Counted from the first letter of the stretch, positions 5,640 through 16,800 are shown. The stretch is DNA of 26,055 nt from Poseidonia sp. (GCA_965661285.1 CBFIDD010000008.1:1-26055); one strand, 5' to 3'. The notes: generated from the sequence alone by a model not told the origin. Made by a program: numbers and translations.

Positions 5640-8531
5640 TCATCGGCGACGGCTCAAAATGGCGCCGATGAGAAGCACCACCAAAACCGCCCCTGCGACC
5701 TGAGCGACCAGGTTTGGAGAGAGGCCGAACACGCCCTCTGGAGCCGTACCCATGGCGGCGAATTCGATGTTTTGTCGGTCCAAAACGCCCGTTTCGGTCG
5801 GTTCGGCCGATACCGTGAATTTGTACGTGTCATCCATTTCTGCGCCGTAAGGTGCCCGAACGGTCACGTTTACATAGAGAATTTCACCCTCGTTCACGGT
5901 GCAAAGAAGGTCGCTGTTCTCTTGCGAGCAACTCGGGTTATCGCTGTCGAGAACAACCGACCAGCCACGCAGATTCTCCGATGTGAAGACACGGATTTCG
6001 GTGCGGATGTTCCCGGTGTTGACGATCGAGATTTCCTGTATCGCCGCGGGCTGGCCGTACACCACATCGAGTTCTTGCCGCTCTCCGGCCTGAGCGAATT
6101 CAATCTCGTGAATGATGCTGACTTCCAGCGACACCGACACCAAGCCCGACCTGTCAGCGGCGTTGGAAACACTGGCGACAAGGATTTCCAAAAGCCCGCC
6201 CTGCCCTGTTTGAGCCCCTGGATTCACGCTCAACGTCAATTCAACGAAAATCTCGTAGGGTTGTGCACGATAGTCATCAAAGGACATTTCAAGCTGGAGC
6301 ATCTTGAGTTCAGCAGCATCCTTGTCCACGGCCAAGTAAGGTTCGCCATCGTCTTGAAGCACGTAGGTGCTGTTCTTGATGTCCCAGATGCCGAAGCCTT
6401 TGGGAACGGTGAGTTCACCCTCAACAGGCAGGCCATAGGCCGTGATGGAACGTGTAGCGATTCCCTCAAGACCGCCGATCGTGAACACGGCATCATCGTT
6501 GCCATCTCCGGTGTTTCGGACCCACATGCCAATCGTCTCTTGCCCGCTTGGCGGAAGCACTATTGAAGCAGAAGTGGCCGTATCGGTGCCCTCCAGCCGC
6601 AGGTCCATGGAGAAATTCCGGTCGGATAACACGGCCAAAAATTCGCCTTCCCGTTGATTGTCGGGAATCCCATCGCCGTCTCGGTCTTGGCTGTTGGGAT
6701 CGTCTTTGTTGCGCACACGAACGGTCAAGCGTGTGTTTTCAAGTTCCTCCTCACCGTCAATGCTCACGACGAGGTAAACCGTGGTGGTCGCCTGAGGTTC
6801 GATGTCAATTTCGGTGAGGGGCATGCCCTCTTCGTTTTCAAACGACGTGCCCCAAGCGGGACTGGCGGTTTGAGAGACGACCGAGAGGCCGATGGTGTCT
6901 CGCACGTTCCCTTCGTTGATGAGGTCGATCGGGAAGCGAACTTCGGTACCAGAGCGACCCGTTTGGTCGGTGGCGGGCGTTTCGATCTCAAGGCCGTGAA
7001 CAGCCGCTACCGTGACACGGAGCGTGGCCGAGTCGTAGGCTGCCCCACCGGAGGACGGGAGAACGCTGAACGTCAACTCGATCTCTTCGGTTGCTAGAGC
7101 ATCGGCTGGGACACGGACGGTAACACCGACGGTGGCAGATTTCTCGTTGCCATGTCGGGACCCTACGGACACACTGGACGCATCAAGTTGGACAGCCCAG
7201 CCGGTTGGAGCCGCAGATGCGGCTACGCGGAGGTTGTCTTGTCCGTTACCTTGGTTTGTGACTGTGATGGTGGTGGATTTATTGCTTCCCGGTTCAATGT
7301 TGGAAAGCAGGGCGTTGGCGAGTGAAATGCTGGCACCTCTTGACTGTCCAACAATGATACGAAGGTCGGCTTGACACTTGATGGGGCCGTTGTTGCCGTC
7401 TTTCCCTACGATTTGCACCACGGTTTCGGAGCCAGCCGTCACCGAATCGTCAGGGGAGACGGTGAAATCGAATGCTCGCTCCCCCTCACCGCCATCGTAA
7501 GGCAAGAGCCCCGAAGACGCCCCGTCGACTTGGACCCAGGACGATTTACTTCCCACGGGTGAGGCGAAGACGGTCCAGTCGGCGTTGCCGTCGTTGGCGT
7601 AGGTCGCCGTAATGGTGGTCTCATCGTCGGGATTGACGCTGACGGAGGTCTTGGTCAGCGAGAGCGTGCACTTCTTGAGTTGGGGAACGGTCAAATCGAA
7701 CTCTTCGGTGTCTTTTGCTTCCTGTGAAGGGTCGTTGGTGACCGTACCGCTGACTTCCCAGCAATACTTGTCGGCCGTGGCGCCCTCTGGAACTTCAACG
7801 GTGGCAAAAACTATCTCGGATTCTTCCTGATCAACGTTGACCGATGTTTCGCTGAGCGTCACGGTGAACGAGGAAGCAGAACCGCAGCCAGGTCCGGAGC
7901 CTTCGCTGATGGCAAGGTTGACGGTGGCGTTGGCCTGTCCGGTGTTTTCAACCTCGATTCGGTAGTCAAGTTCCTCTTCGCCATTCCAATCTTTGCTGCG
8001 GTCCGAATCGGTGATGATGAGGTCAACGCCGAACAAGGCACTGCCCGAACCATCGGCTGCTGTCGTGGTCACAACATCGGTCTCAGGTTCTGGAATTTCG
8101 GCAGCCGGGGCGCCGATGACAGCGGTGATGGTCGCGGTGATGGTGGTGTCGCAGGCGGTGTCGGCTTCCACCGTTTGCGCTACGCTCACGTTCATGGCAG
8201 CCTCTTCATAGCTGCCCGCATCAATTTGCCCTGGAATTTGAGTGACCGAGGAGGAAAAGCCGTTGCAGTTTTCGGTGGCTTCCTGCGATGAGGAGAGTTG
8301 AACAGTGACGGGGTCTGAACCCGTGTTTCGAACCCGTATGGTATATTCTCCGGCTTCGCCAGGGTTGACCTCAAGGCTACCGGGTATCCCGGTTACCGAG
8401 ATGGAGGCCGCTCGACCGCCGTCGGCGGCGACGGTGGGTGCCACCAACGGAACGAGGGCCGTGCACATGACGAACACGAGAAAGATGGCCGTCCAGCCGG
8501 GAGCGTTCTTCGCGCTTGCCGTAGGCATCAT
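5640..8531 (-). CDS. Secreted, C-terminally anchored multi-Ig protein (NEW3/NPCBM-associated, COG1470-like)
   Basis: Signal peptide (WTAIFLVFVMCTALVPLVAPTVAA); seven N-x-G strand motifs (VRNTG, VENTG, YANDG, VTNQG, LINEG, VRNTG, IVNTG); PTGW/RGW motifs; DRDGDGIPD Ca-type loop; C-terminal TM followed by RRR. Start probably ATG 8531 or 8528 rather than GTG 8582. Confidence 0.8.
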   Translation of the reverse strand: MMPTASAKNAPGWTAIFLVFVMCTALVPLVAPTVAADGGRAASISVTGIPGSLEVNPGEAGEYTIRVRNTGSDPVTVQLSSSQEATENCNGFSSSVTQIPGQIDAGSYEEAAMNVSVAQTVEADTACDTTITATITAVIGAPAAEIPEPETDVVTTTAADGSGSALFGVDLIITDSDRSKDWNGEEELDYRIEVENTGQANATVNLAISEGSGPGCGSASSFTVTLSETSVNVDQEESEIVFATVEVPEGATADKYCWEVSGTVTNDPSQEAKDTEEFDLTVPQLKKCTLSLTKTSVSVNPDDETTITATYANDGNADWTVFASPVGSKSSWVQVDGASSGLLPYDGGEGERAFDFTVSPDDSVTAGSETVVQIVGKDGNNGPIKCQADLRIIVGQSRGASISLANALLSNIEPGSNKSTTITVTNQGNGQDNLRVAASAAPTGWAVQLDASSVSVGSRHGNEKSATVGVTVRVPADALATEEIELTFSVLPSSGGAAYDSATLRVTVAAVHGLEIETPATDQTGRSGTEVRFPIDLINEGNVRDTIGLSVVSQTASPAWGTSFENEEGMPLTEIDIEPQATTTVYLVVSIDGEEELENTRLTVRVRNKDDPNSQDRDGDGIPDNQREGEFLAVLSDRNFSMDLRLEGTDTATSASIVLPPSGQETIGMWVRNTGDGNDDAVFTIGGLEGIATRSITAYGLPVEGELTVPKGFGIWDIKNSTYVLQDDGEPYLAVDKDAAELKMLQLEMSFDDYRAQPYEIFVELTLSVNPGAQTGQGGLLEILVASVSNAADRSGLVSVSLEVSIIHEIEFAQAGERQELDVVYGQPAAIQEISIVNTGNIRTEIRVFTSENLRGWSVVLDSDNPSCSQENSDLLCTVNEGEILYVNVTVRAPYGAEMDDTYKFTVSAEPTETGVLDRQNIEFAAMGTAPEGVFGLSPNLVAQVAGAVLVVLLIGAILSRRR

Positions 8532-8595
8532 GGAACTCCCTCGGCGTTCTCCTATCAAAACCCTATGCTCATCGTGCTTCACGAGGGCACCAAGG

Positions 8596-11500
8596 TCACG
8601 CTTTTACGAAAGTGCTGGACGGTGCTCCGCAGTTCACACATGACGCAATGCTGGAAGCCGTGCACCCACCGACTGCATCAGCGTGGTAGCGGGCTCCACA
8701 ACCCGGGCAGCCAACGACGGCGGTGGTGATCGGTTGACGACACGTCCAACACATGGGCGGTGCAACCGATGGCGTAGCCCGCTGTTGGTTGGCTGCAGCC
8801 GCAGGTGAAGGCGTCGCCTGAATCACTGGCGGCGAGACGGTCGGCGAGACCGATGCTTGCGCCGGCATCATCGCTGGAAGCGATGGACCCGAGTGTCCTG
8901 TTTCCGGCTCGTTTCGGCCACGGAGGACGCCAACGCCCAAAACAGCAAAGGCCACGAGCAAAACAGCGCCAAGAATGGCCACAGCAAGAGCAGTATCCAA
9001 GCCACTCTCTCCCGATGTGCCGATGGGTTCGCCCGAGGAGGTGGCAACAAAACTGAACGTGGGCTCGCTGGCCGTGCTTTGCGCCAATCCCACGGAGATA
9101 GAGGCACTGCCGGGTGTATCCGCTCGCACGTTTAATCGCACCAAGGTTGACTGCCCGACAGCAAGGTCAACAATGTCGTTACCGTCAACCGAAACCGCCC
9201 ATTTTTGTGGTGCGTCAACCACGACCTGTCGTTGGAGGGCGGTGTTGCCCGTGTTGGTGATTTCGACGGTGACCTGTCGCTCCTGTCCGGTCGTGAATGC
9301 CGGGACGGAACCGATGTCCCACGCCACCTGTTCGATGGGAGCGACCAGCAACCCGACCGTCGTTGTTTTCTCAACCCCCGCGTCGCTGAGCATGACGGTA
9401 AACGAGGGTTCGCTCATGGGCGGCATGTTAGCAGCGATGAGCACATTGCACACCACCGGTGAAACATCACCCATGCCCACGGGTTCCACGGGCGTGCATT
9501 CCCCAAACAGACCGGGGTCGAGCTGCATGCTTGCGCTGGGGCGCCACACGGTTTCTGCCTCGTTGCCAAGCAACCAGGTGAATTTCAGAGATTCTCCCGA
9601 AGGATGAGACCCGGCTCCTTGAGGGGTGCCGTACGTCGTACCGTCTTGGAGTTCGAGGCCGACGAAGGTGAGCGTGGGCGCTGGAAGCACCTCCACATTG
9701 AGCGTATCTTCCCAACTAAAGCGGTTTGAACCCTCATCGAAATGAAGTTTTATCGGACCTGAACGAGCGTTGCTTCCCGCTTCAAGGGTATAGAGGAGGT
9801 TCTTGCTCGTCGCCCATGGAAGGTCCACAACCCCGAGGGACGAGGTGACGCTCCAGCCGCTGGGCAATTCAAACGAGGGTGTGAGGTTGAAGTCCACGTT
9901 GCCTTTGTGTTCCAGCGAATATCGCAGCGTGACGGTGGAATCCGGCCTCAGCGTGCCAATTGAGGAATCGAGGTCTATGTAGACCTCACGGACGGTGAGC
10001 ACCTGGATGGGGATTTCAAACACGGTCAACTCTTGCTGCTCTGTTTGACTGACGGCGGTCAATTTCACAATACGTTCAGCCCCCGCAGCCGTCATCACTT
10101 GGGGAGGCGTGAACATCAAGCCGACAGCGCGGTACGCCTCGCTGTTGATGAGACCGGTCGAGCCGGACGAGGCCCCACCTTCGCTACCGAGGTTGGTGAA
10201 CCCGGCTTGCCAACCGGCCGGTGCTTCGAGGAACAGATCGTAGCCGATGGGGGCGTTGCCGTTGTTGTAAAACCGAAGGGTCATGTTGGTCGGCTCCGCT
10301 GGGTGAACGGGAACCACTTGGTAGTCAAACTCAACCGCTGCCTCGGGTAAGTCCGGCACCACCATGTCGACATTGAGTGGGTAGTCTACGCCGTTGTCAA
10401 CGTCCAAGGCGAGCAGGTCGATTCGGTACGTACCGGGCGCCGGTGGGGCAGGATGCACCAAGGTGACCACGATGGATTCGGATGCTTGGCCCTCCATGCT
10501 GAAGTTGGAATCGGTGCTGCCGATGTACCACGGCATCGTCTGACCGGTTTCCACGTGGACGACATCACCGGTTTGCATGGAGGCGTTGGTTGGAATCAAG
10601 GCCGTATTGGTCAGCGATATGTTCCACGAAGTGGTGGTGATATCGCTCGATGCGAGCGTCTGCGAAGGTGTGTCGGTTTCAAGTTTGACGCCAGGCGCGG
10701 TAACGTTGACTTGGACATCCAACCGGTTGTTGTCTTCCCGGATTTCCTCCATTGCGTCGTCCGGGTCGATAATGAACGAAAGCGTGGTTGCCCCCGATGC
10801 TGAAGGCGTCCACGGCCACATCAGAACCTTTGTTGAACCCGCACCCAATTCAATGGATTTCCTGTCTTGTTCAACGCCGTTCACCTCAAAGGCGATCGGG
10901 AAGGTGTTGGCTTTGACGTTTCCAAAATTGAAGAACGAGGTGGTAAGTTGCACGGGGTCGTCAACCTGAGGAATCGCGACGTTCATTTCGAAATCTTCTG
11001 GAACCACCTTGGGATCGGGCCGTAAATCGTTGACTCCGTGTCCAAGCACCGCCAATGCATAGGGTTGGGTTTTCGAACCGCTGTGTTGCGAATCTTTGAC
11101 CTTGACCGTCCACGTGCCGACAGCAGCCGTGTCGACCAAGACCACCTCGAGGTTGTTGACGCTGTCCTGGGTTCCGCCCGTTGCTGACCTCCCGTTGGCG
11201 AAGTCGTTTCCGAGGTACACCGTGCCGTCCGGCGCGGTGACTTCCACATCCAAATCGTTGACGAGTTGGGCTGAAGAAAATCGAGAGCCACGTTCGTCTG
11301 ACCATGTCAGCACGACCTTGAACGGGCCGTTGCCTTGAGAGATGTTGAAGGCGTAGGATTTGCTGTTGCCTGTGCCCGACATGACCGAGCGGTCATCAAC
11401 CCAAATCCCTTGACCACCGGCTGGTGCAAGGCTGTTTCTGAGGTTGATGCGCCCCCACCCTTCGTCTTGGTTGGGAATGTCTCTTGAACCGATGTCCTGA

Positions 11501-13191
11501 GCGCCAAGAACGAGCAAGGCTTTGACCAGCGCGCCCTGCGGAGAAGGGCGCTGTGCAATCTCTTCGAGGTATTCGCGGACCATGACCGCTGCACCAGCAG
11601 CGTTTGGTGTGGCCATTGAGGTGCCCGTATATTCGAGGTAGTATGTGTTGCTCCAGGTGGCGCTGCCGGTGTCGGTGGCTTCCTGTGCTTTGCAGGAACG
11701 AACATACCCCCCCGGTGCGACCAAATCCGGTTTGATGCGGCCGTCTTCGGTCGGTCCACGAGATGAACCGCTCATCATGACGTCCGGTGAACCGCTGTAC
11801 CGGTTCTTGTGGTTGCCAACAGAAATGACGTTCTTCGCCGTCGCCGGAGGCGATACGGTGCCCGAATTTGGTCCGTCGTTACCGGCTGCAAAGAGAACGG
11901 TCAGTCCTTCCACGCCGTTGTAGTAGCGGTCATAGTAATTGGCGCGGTCGTCAACATCCTCGGTTTCTGAGTTGTATTTCGCTTGCTGGCTGGCGGCGGA
12001 CGAACCCCAAGAGTTCGTGTGGGTTCGAGCTCCTGCGTTGTAGGCCGTATTCAGCAGGTTGTTAAGCGAAGGGGACTGAAAATTCCCGGTGTTGTCGTTT
12101 TCCATCGCTTGGAAGTAAAGGTCAGCGGCCTGAGCAACGCCGCCGTAGCCGCCACGAAACCCGTCGCCGAGCACCGTGCACGAAACATGTGTGCCATGAC
12201 CTGAGTGCTTGTCCGCCGTCGAGCCGTCGCCGATCACGTCGTAGTTACCGACCACGCGAGTCCCAAAGTCACCGTGGTCCTCGTCAAGACCCGCATCGGC
12301 CACGGCGACAATTTGACCCGAACCGTCCAAATCCGTGGTGAAGTAGCTCGTCATGGTGCTGGTTTTCATGTGGCCCCGAGACTGGTCGTTGAAGGCAGCG
12401 AAGGCGGGGTCGGGGCGCAACTGCATGAGCGAAGGTTGGCGCAGCAAGACGGGAAGGTCGACGCTGGAGAACGTGCCTTCGTAGCGACCGTTGTCCCAGG
12501 CCCGCCAATCCTCAAACACGTGACGTGCGACCTCTCCTAAACGCTGCTCGAGCACGGTGCCCGTGTCGTCGCGCAGTGAAACGGTTTCCACGGGACCAGC
12601 ATCGTTGCGCCAGCCGTCGATTCGAAGCAGCATGCCCTCAAGTGCAGATTCGCCGTCTTCAAGCAAAACGATGTCCATCAAATCGTCGTGGAGAAACATG
12701 CCGATGGGAACAGCGTGAGCGGTGATGACGGCAGGATGCTCACCGGCCTGCGCAAGGGCAGAAGGCGTCCCCTGTACCAAGAGACCTGAAGGGGCGATGA
12801 ACTCCCGAACGGCGAGGCCGGGTTGGTCGTTGAGTTCATGGCGGACGTCGTGAAAGCGCATCTCATTGGACACGATGAGAAGAAGCGTGTCAAACCGTGG
12901 CTCGAGAAGTTCAGCTGGAACGGGGCGGGAAACCTCCAGACCTTGGGCGTCGAAGGTCCCGAGGGTGGACATCGCCAGCGGTGCTCGCTCCTCACCCGAG
13001 AGGGTGTCGTCAAGCACGCCAAAGGCATCGTTGTACACGCCTTCTCGAATGTTAAACCGAACCCAATCGGGATTGAACGAGGTGCGCCCTTCATCACGTT
13101 CATCGCTGGAGAGAAGGAAGGAGCTCGAGGTCGAGAGGACGAGGAGGAGAACGAACACACCTGCGGTGAGGCGGTTGGAAACTCCAGCCAT
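8596..13191 (-). CDS. Membrane-anchored S8 (subtilisin, KP-43-like) serine protease with CARDB/NEW3 Ig stalk, TM helix, Pro/Ala linker and C-terminal C4HC3 Zn finger
   Basis: Catalytic D (VADAGLD, 12297-12295), H (GHGTHV, 12198-12196) and S (GTSMATP, 11619-11617); oxyanion AAGND; SSRGPTEDGRIKPD; KP-43-type VVLTWSD...LVNDLD...NNLE C-domain; CARDB-like IDPDDAMEEIREDNN. Confidence 0.93.
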   Translation of the reverse strand: MAGVSNRLTAGVFVLLLVLSTSSSFLLSSDERDEGRTSFNPDWVRFNIREGVYNDAFGVLDDTLSGEERAPLAMSTLGTFDAQGLEVSRPVPAELLEPRFDTLLLIVSNEMRFHDVRHELNDQPGLAVREFIAPSGLLVQGTPSALAQAGEHPAVITAHAVPIGMFLHDDLMDIVLLEDGESALEGMLLRIDGWRNDAGPVETVSLRDDTGTVLEQRLGEVARHVFEDWRAWDNGRYEGTFSSVDLPVLLRQPSLMQLRPDPAFAAFNDQSRGHMKTSTMTSYFTTDLDGSGQIVAVADAGLDEDHGDFGTRVVGNYDVIGDGSTADKHSGHGTHVSCTVLGDGFRGGYGGVAQAADLYFQAMENDNTGNFQSPSLNNLLNTAYNAGARTHTNSWGSSAASQQAKYNSETEDVDDRANYYDRYYNGVEGLTVLFAAGNDGPNSGTVSPPATAKNVISVGNHKNRYSGSPDVMMSGSSRGPTEDGRIKPDLVAPGGYVRSCKAQEATDTGSATWSNTYYLEYTGTSMATPNAAGAAVMVREYLEEIAQRPSPQGALVKALLVLGAQDIGSRDIPNQDEGWGRINLRNSLAPAGGQGIWVDDRSVMSGTGNSKSYAFNISQGNGPFKVVLTWSDERGSRFSSAQLVNDLDVEVTAPDGTVYLGNDFANGRSATGGTQDSVNNLEVVLVDTAAVGTWTVKVKDSQHSGSKTQPYALAVLGHGVNDLRPDPKVVPEDFEMNVAIPQVDDPVQLTTSFFNFGNVKANTFPIAFEVNGVEQDRKSIELGAGSTKVLMWPWTPSASGATTLSFIIDPDDAMEEIREDNNRLDVQVNVTAPGVKLETDTPSQTLASSDITTTSWNISLTNTALIPTNASMQTGDVVHVETGQTMPWYIGSTDSNFSMEGQASESIVVTLVHPAPPAPGTYRIDLLALDVDNGVDYPLNVDMVVPDLPEAAVEFDYQVVPVHPAEPTNMTLRFYNNGNAPIGYDLFLEAPAGWQAGFTNLGSEGGASSGSTGLINSEAYRAVGLMFTPPQVMTAAGAERIVKLTAVSQTEQQELTVFEIPIQVLTVREVYIDLDSSIGTLRPDSTVTLRYSLEHKGNVDFNLTPSFELPSGWSVTSSLGVVDLPWATSKNLLYTLEAGSNARSGPIKLHFDEGSNRFSWEDTLNVEVLPAPTLTFVGLELQDGTTYGTPQGAGSHPSGESLKFTWLLGNEAETVWRPSASMQLDPGLFGECTPVEPVGMGDVSPVVCNVLIAANMPPMSEPSFTVMLSDAGVEKTTTVGLLVAPIEQVAWDIGSVPAFTTGQERQVTVEITNTGNTALQRQVVVDAPQKWAVSVDGNDIVDLAVGQSTLVRLNVRADTPGSASISVGLAQSTASEPTFSFVATSSGEPIGTSGESGLDTALAVAILGAVLLVAFAVLGVGVLRGRNEPETGHSGPSLPAMMPAQASVSPTVSPPVIQATPSPAAAANQQRATPSVAPPMCWTCRQPITTAVVGCPGCGARYHADAVGGCTASSIASCVNCGAPSSTFVKA

Positions 13192-13247
13192 GGTCTTGCC
13201 TTCGGCTCCTGTCCTTTATCGGTTCGGTCTGCTTGTCCAAACAGTGC

Positions 13248-13844
13248 TCAATCCAAAGGCCACATGTGGCGGTCGGCCTTGTCCATGAATATCTCTTGCG
13301 ACCAATCACCCACCTGATGGGTGAAAGCGTCGGGTTGGCGAAGTTGACCGGTGTAGTCACGATACTCGAGTTCGATGACGATGTTGTAGTGGTCCCAGAC
13401 GGTGTAGCCGATGACCATCATTTCCAAATCGTCGCCCGAGATGGATGAGTGGCCCTCCAACAGGCCGAGTTCAAGGGACATCCGCTCAATGAGTTCACCC
13501 TCAACGGTTTGGAATTCAACCTCCAGAACGATATCGGTGATGTCCCGGCTTCCATCGTTGTGAAGCTCGGTCATCATCAGGTGGCCGCCGCGCTGCATGT
13601 AGTGCGTTTCCACCGTGACAGAATCTCTGGGAAGCACCCAGTACCAGCCGCTCAACGCCATGATGAGGAGAATGAAGAGGACAGCGCCCGCCATGGCGAC
13701 ACGAGAGAAGGTGACTTCTCGTTTGAGCGTCGTCAACAACTTCGCTGCCTCTTGGGCCGCTTCCCAGTCTTCGAGTTCATCGCCTTCAAGGGGCGAGCCG
13801 CCCTGTCGCAGGTCATGCTCTGTTGGTTCCGACATGAGCCTCAC
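13248..13844 (-). CDS. Single-pass membrane protein with one Ig-like (FxLYD-like) domain
   Basis: Acidic N-terminus, TM (VAMAGAVLFILLIMALSGWYWVL), then ELHNDGSRDITDIVLEVEF...EGELI beta pattern. GTGA start/stop overlap with the upstream gene; ATG 13835 is an alternative start. Confidence 0.7.
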   Translation of the reverse strand: MRLMSEPTEHDLRQGGSPLEGDELEDWEAAQEAAKLLTTLKREVTFSRVAMAGAVLFILLIMALSGWYWVLPRDSVTVETHYMQRGGHLMMTELHNDGSRDITDIVLEVEFQTVEGELIERMSLELGLLEGHSSISGDDLEMMVIGYTVWDHYNIVIELEYRDYTGQLRQPDAFTHQVGDWSQEIFMDKADRHMWPLD

Positions 13845-16800
13845 CCAAACAACATGGCCAATCCGCTGGCAAGCGCAGAACCGATGGGGTCAATCACCAT
13901 CACGTGACGGGTTTCAACAAACTCGCCGGTGAGGGAACCCACCAAGGAAAGATCCGTAACAATGCCGTTCACGCCGACCGAGGAAGCGGTAGGAATGATG
14001 CCCGTGAACTGTGCGTCGAGCAGCACAGCACGCCCTTCCATCTCAAAATCTCCAACCACGGGATGCAACCACGGCTCGATGAGTCCAGGCTGAACATAGG
14101 CCTCCGCCGTGGCGACCAAGCGACCGTCGGTGATGTCGTCAATAACGATGAGCGGGTATTCACCCGGTCCCGAGTAAATCCGAATGGTAGCGCCTTTGAG
14201 GTTCTGACCGACGACTTCCACCCGTTCAATGGTCACGCCCGGCGTGGTGGGGACGTCCGTTTGTCGAACGTAGACCTTCTTGACGCCAGAGCCGGATGAG
14301 TCGACACGCATACCGAAATCATCGGTCAGCGACAAAACGAAGCGAGTGGGCAAGTCCTCGGCCAACATCAGCACATCACCCTTGGCCTCAATCGCTCTTC
14401 CACTCGCCTCGAGGTAGAGGTCCATATCGTCGGTGTTGGACGAGTAATCGAGGGTTCGCATGCCCTGGAAGGCGGTTTGTTTACGAATGTCAAACCGAGT
14501 ATCGGGTTCGGTCGACAAATGCATTTCCCCGGGAAGGTCGCGCATGAACGCGGTTGAAGGGTACCAAAACCCGTCAACATACCGAAGCTGCTTGAGCATA
14601 AGCGAATCTGCCGAATGTCCGTTGGTGCGATGGATTTCGGGAACCACGAGGTCAAGCAGTAAGACGTCGCCGATCACGGCTGAAACGTCCGTTGATTGCG
14701 GGATACCCACCACCAAGGCCTCAACCCGGGTTAGGGCTTCGTGGTCGATGAGGATGGCGTGGGCCGATTTGAGGCGCACCCCGGCATCGTAGTGCATGTC
14801 CACAGACACCCGAGGGACGGTCAGATTCTCTTGGGTTGAAAACAGCACGTTGACCTCAACGTTCCGAGGGGTCGTGGTGTCCAAACCGTCGATGAAGAGT
14901 TCCAAATCTTGACCCTCAAGGCCGTTGGCGATGATGGTCATCTGCGGGTACTGGGGTTGCCATTGCGACATCTTGAGGTCGACCTCGTAGGTCGGCACGC
15001 CACCGAGCATTCGGAAATCGTAGACCAGTTCGATGGTACCGGCGGGCAGCGAAGGCAGCCATGCCCGCAGATGCCAAGCACGTGTATCGTGGAGAGTCAA
15101 TCCCTCCTCTTCGAGTCGTGTGAGGTTGACATCCTCCAGTTCGCCTTCGATGACCCGCCCGTCCTCAAGCGCATCCACCAGTGCCTCTGCCGCCGTGATG
15201 TTGCTCGCTACGAGAATGGTCAAGGCCTCCACGCGTTCGGTAGCGTCGATGCGTCCGTCAGCGAGAATCGCTTCCATTGGACCACGGCTGGTTGCGGTGA
15301 AGGTTGGCATTCGAGACAGGTTGGCTTCCAAACGGGTTTGCTCCAATGCTTCCATACCCATGCCGTGCATCCAAGCAGGTTCAGCCTCAAGGTTCGACCC
15401 TTTCTTGAGATCCACGGTCATGTTAAACGCTTCACCGGTGAATAAATCCAAGCCGAGGCTCATGTTCTCGCTTTCACCGATCTCGCCGCCCACATTCACC
15501 GTCAAGGCATGGACAAAGTCGTTCACGACACTCCCGAAATCAACAAGGTCGCCCAAGAAGAAGGAAAGCCCCTCAATGCCCTCGTCCTCGCCGAAGGTAG
15601 GAAGTTCCAGACCATCAGAATCCACATCGGAAGGAAGGGTAAGAGAGATGTTGGCGGGCAGCGGGTCAAAGTAGACCTGCCCGTTGAGCCCGAGGAAGGG
15701 GTTATCGTGGGTTGACACATCCTCGAAAGAAACACCAAACGGCGAGGATGAACTTCGAACCAATCGGACCTCTGAATTTCCTTCGGGACCCGTCGAGCCG
15801 GGAACCAAGGGGCTGAGGCGTTCGATGGAGGTGATGTCAGAGAGTTTGAGACTCAAACTGGCCTCGGCCGTGTTTTCGTTCACCCAGAACCGGACGTGGT
15901 CGCCGTCCATCGTCAGTGGGGTCGTAGCGTTGGTCATTTGCACTTGGATGCTCTCCATCGGCCCGTCGGCAACATAGCCCACCGTATCGCCCAAAACAAG
16001 CTGGAACGAGGCCGGGAGCCCTGAAAGACGAACGGCGTTCCTCTGTTCGCCCGATTGACCTCCGTAGGTGATGGTGCCGATGGGCTCACTGGCCTCGTAC
16101 TCAAGGGATTCTGCCTGCTGTACGATGTTGAACTGCGCAGGGCGATTTGAGACCATCGCTGACTGTTTGACAGCGCTGTTCAAGTCGCCTCCATCGTGTT
16201 TGATGTGACCGATGAGCAGAGAGCCACTGGCCGAACCGTCGAGTTGCATGTCCCGAATTTCGTTGATGGGGTCGAAATCGTGCCGGACGTGCGAGATGCC
16301 CCCGATTCGCATGCTCATCGCAACGGGAACCAGCGGGTCAACGGGCCCCAATCGGCCATCGACGACGGCGTTGTCGGTGTCCTCTGAGAGGAGGATGTGG
16401 TCCATTTCGGGCAACCATGGCTGAGGACTGCTGGCCAGTGCAAAGAGCATGTGCTCGATTTCCATCGCCTCTCTGTTGCTGCCTGGCAGGCTTTTCTTGA
16501 CCTGATTGTAGCACTGAATGTCGATCACACCACCGCTTGAGCCGGCGGTGCCAACGACTGCGGTGGGCAAGCCGTTGAGAATGGTGCCGATGTCCAGGAC
16601 GATTTCGATGACGCCCAGCAGCGCGTTATCAAAGAACTGCGCGATGGTGTTGAGATTGGGATTGTCGAGATTGACCCGGTCGACACCCGAAGACGAAAGC
16701 AGGAAACTGCCTTGAATCACGATGACTCGTGGGAGGTCGTCCATTTCGACCAGCATGGAGGAACTGTCGCCGGCGTAACCCCCGCGTTTGAACGTCGAGG

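Noticed and set aside
5619-6566. 315-aa plus-strand ORF, and similar antisense ORFs at 17546-18514, 21742-22545 and 23986-24744
   Set aside because: They lie opposite well-supported genes and have the composition typical of antisense frames.
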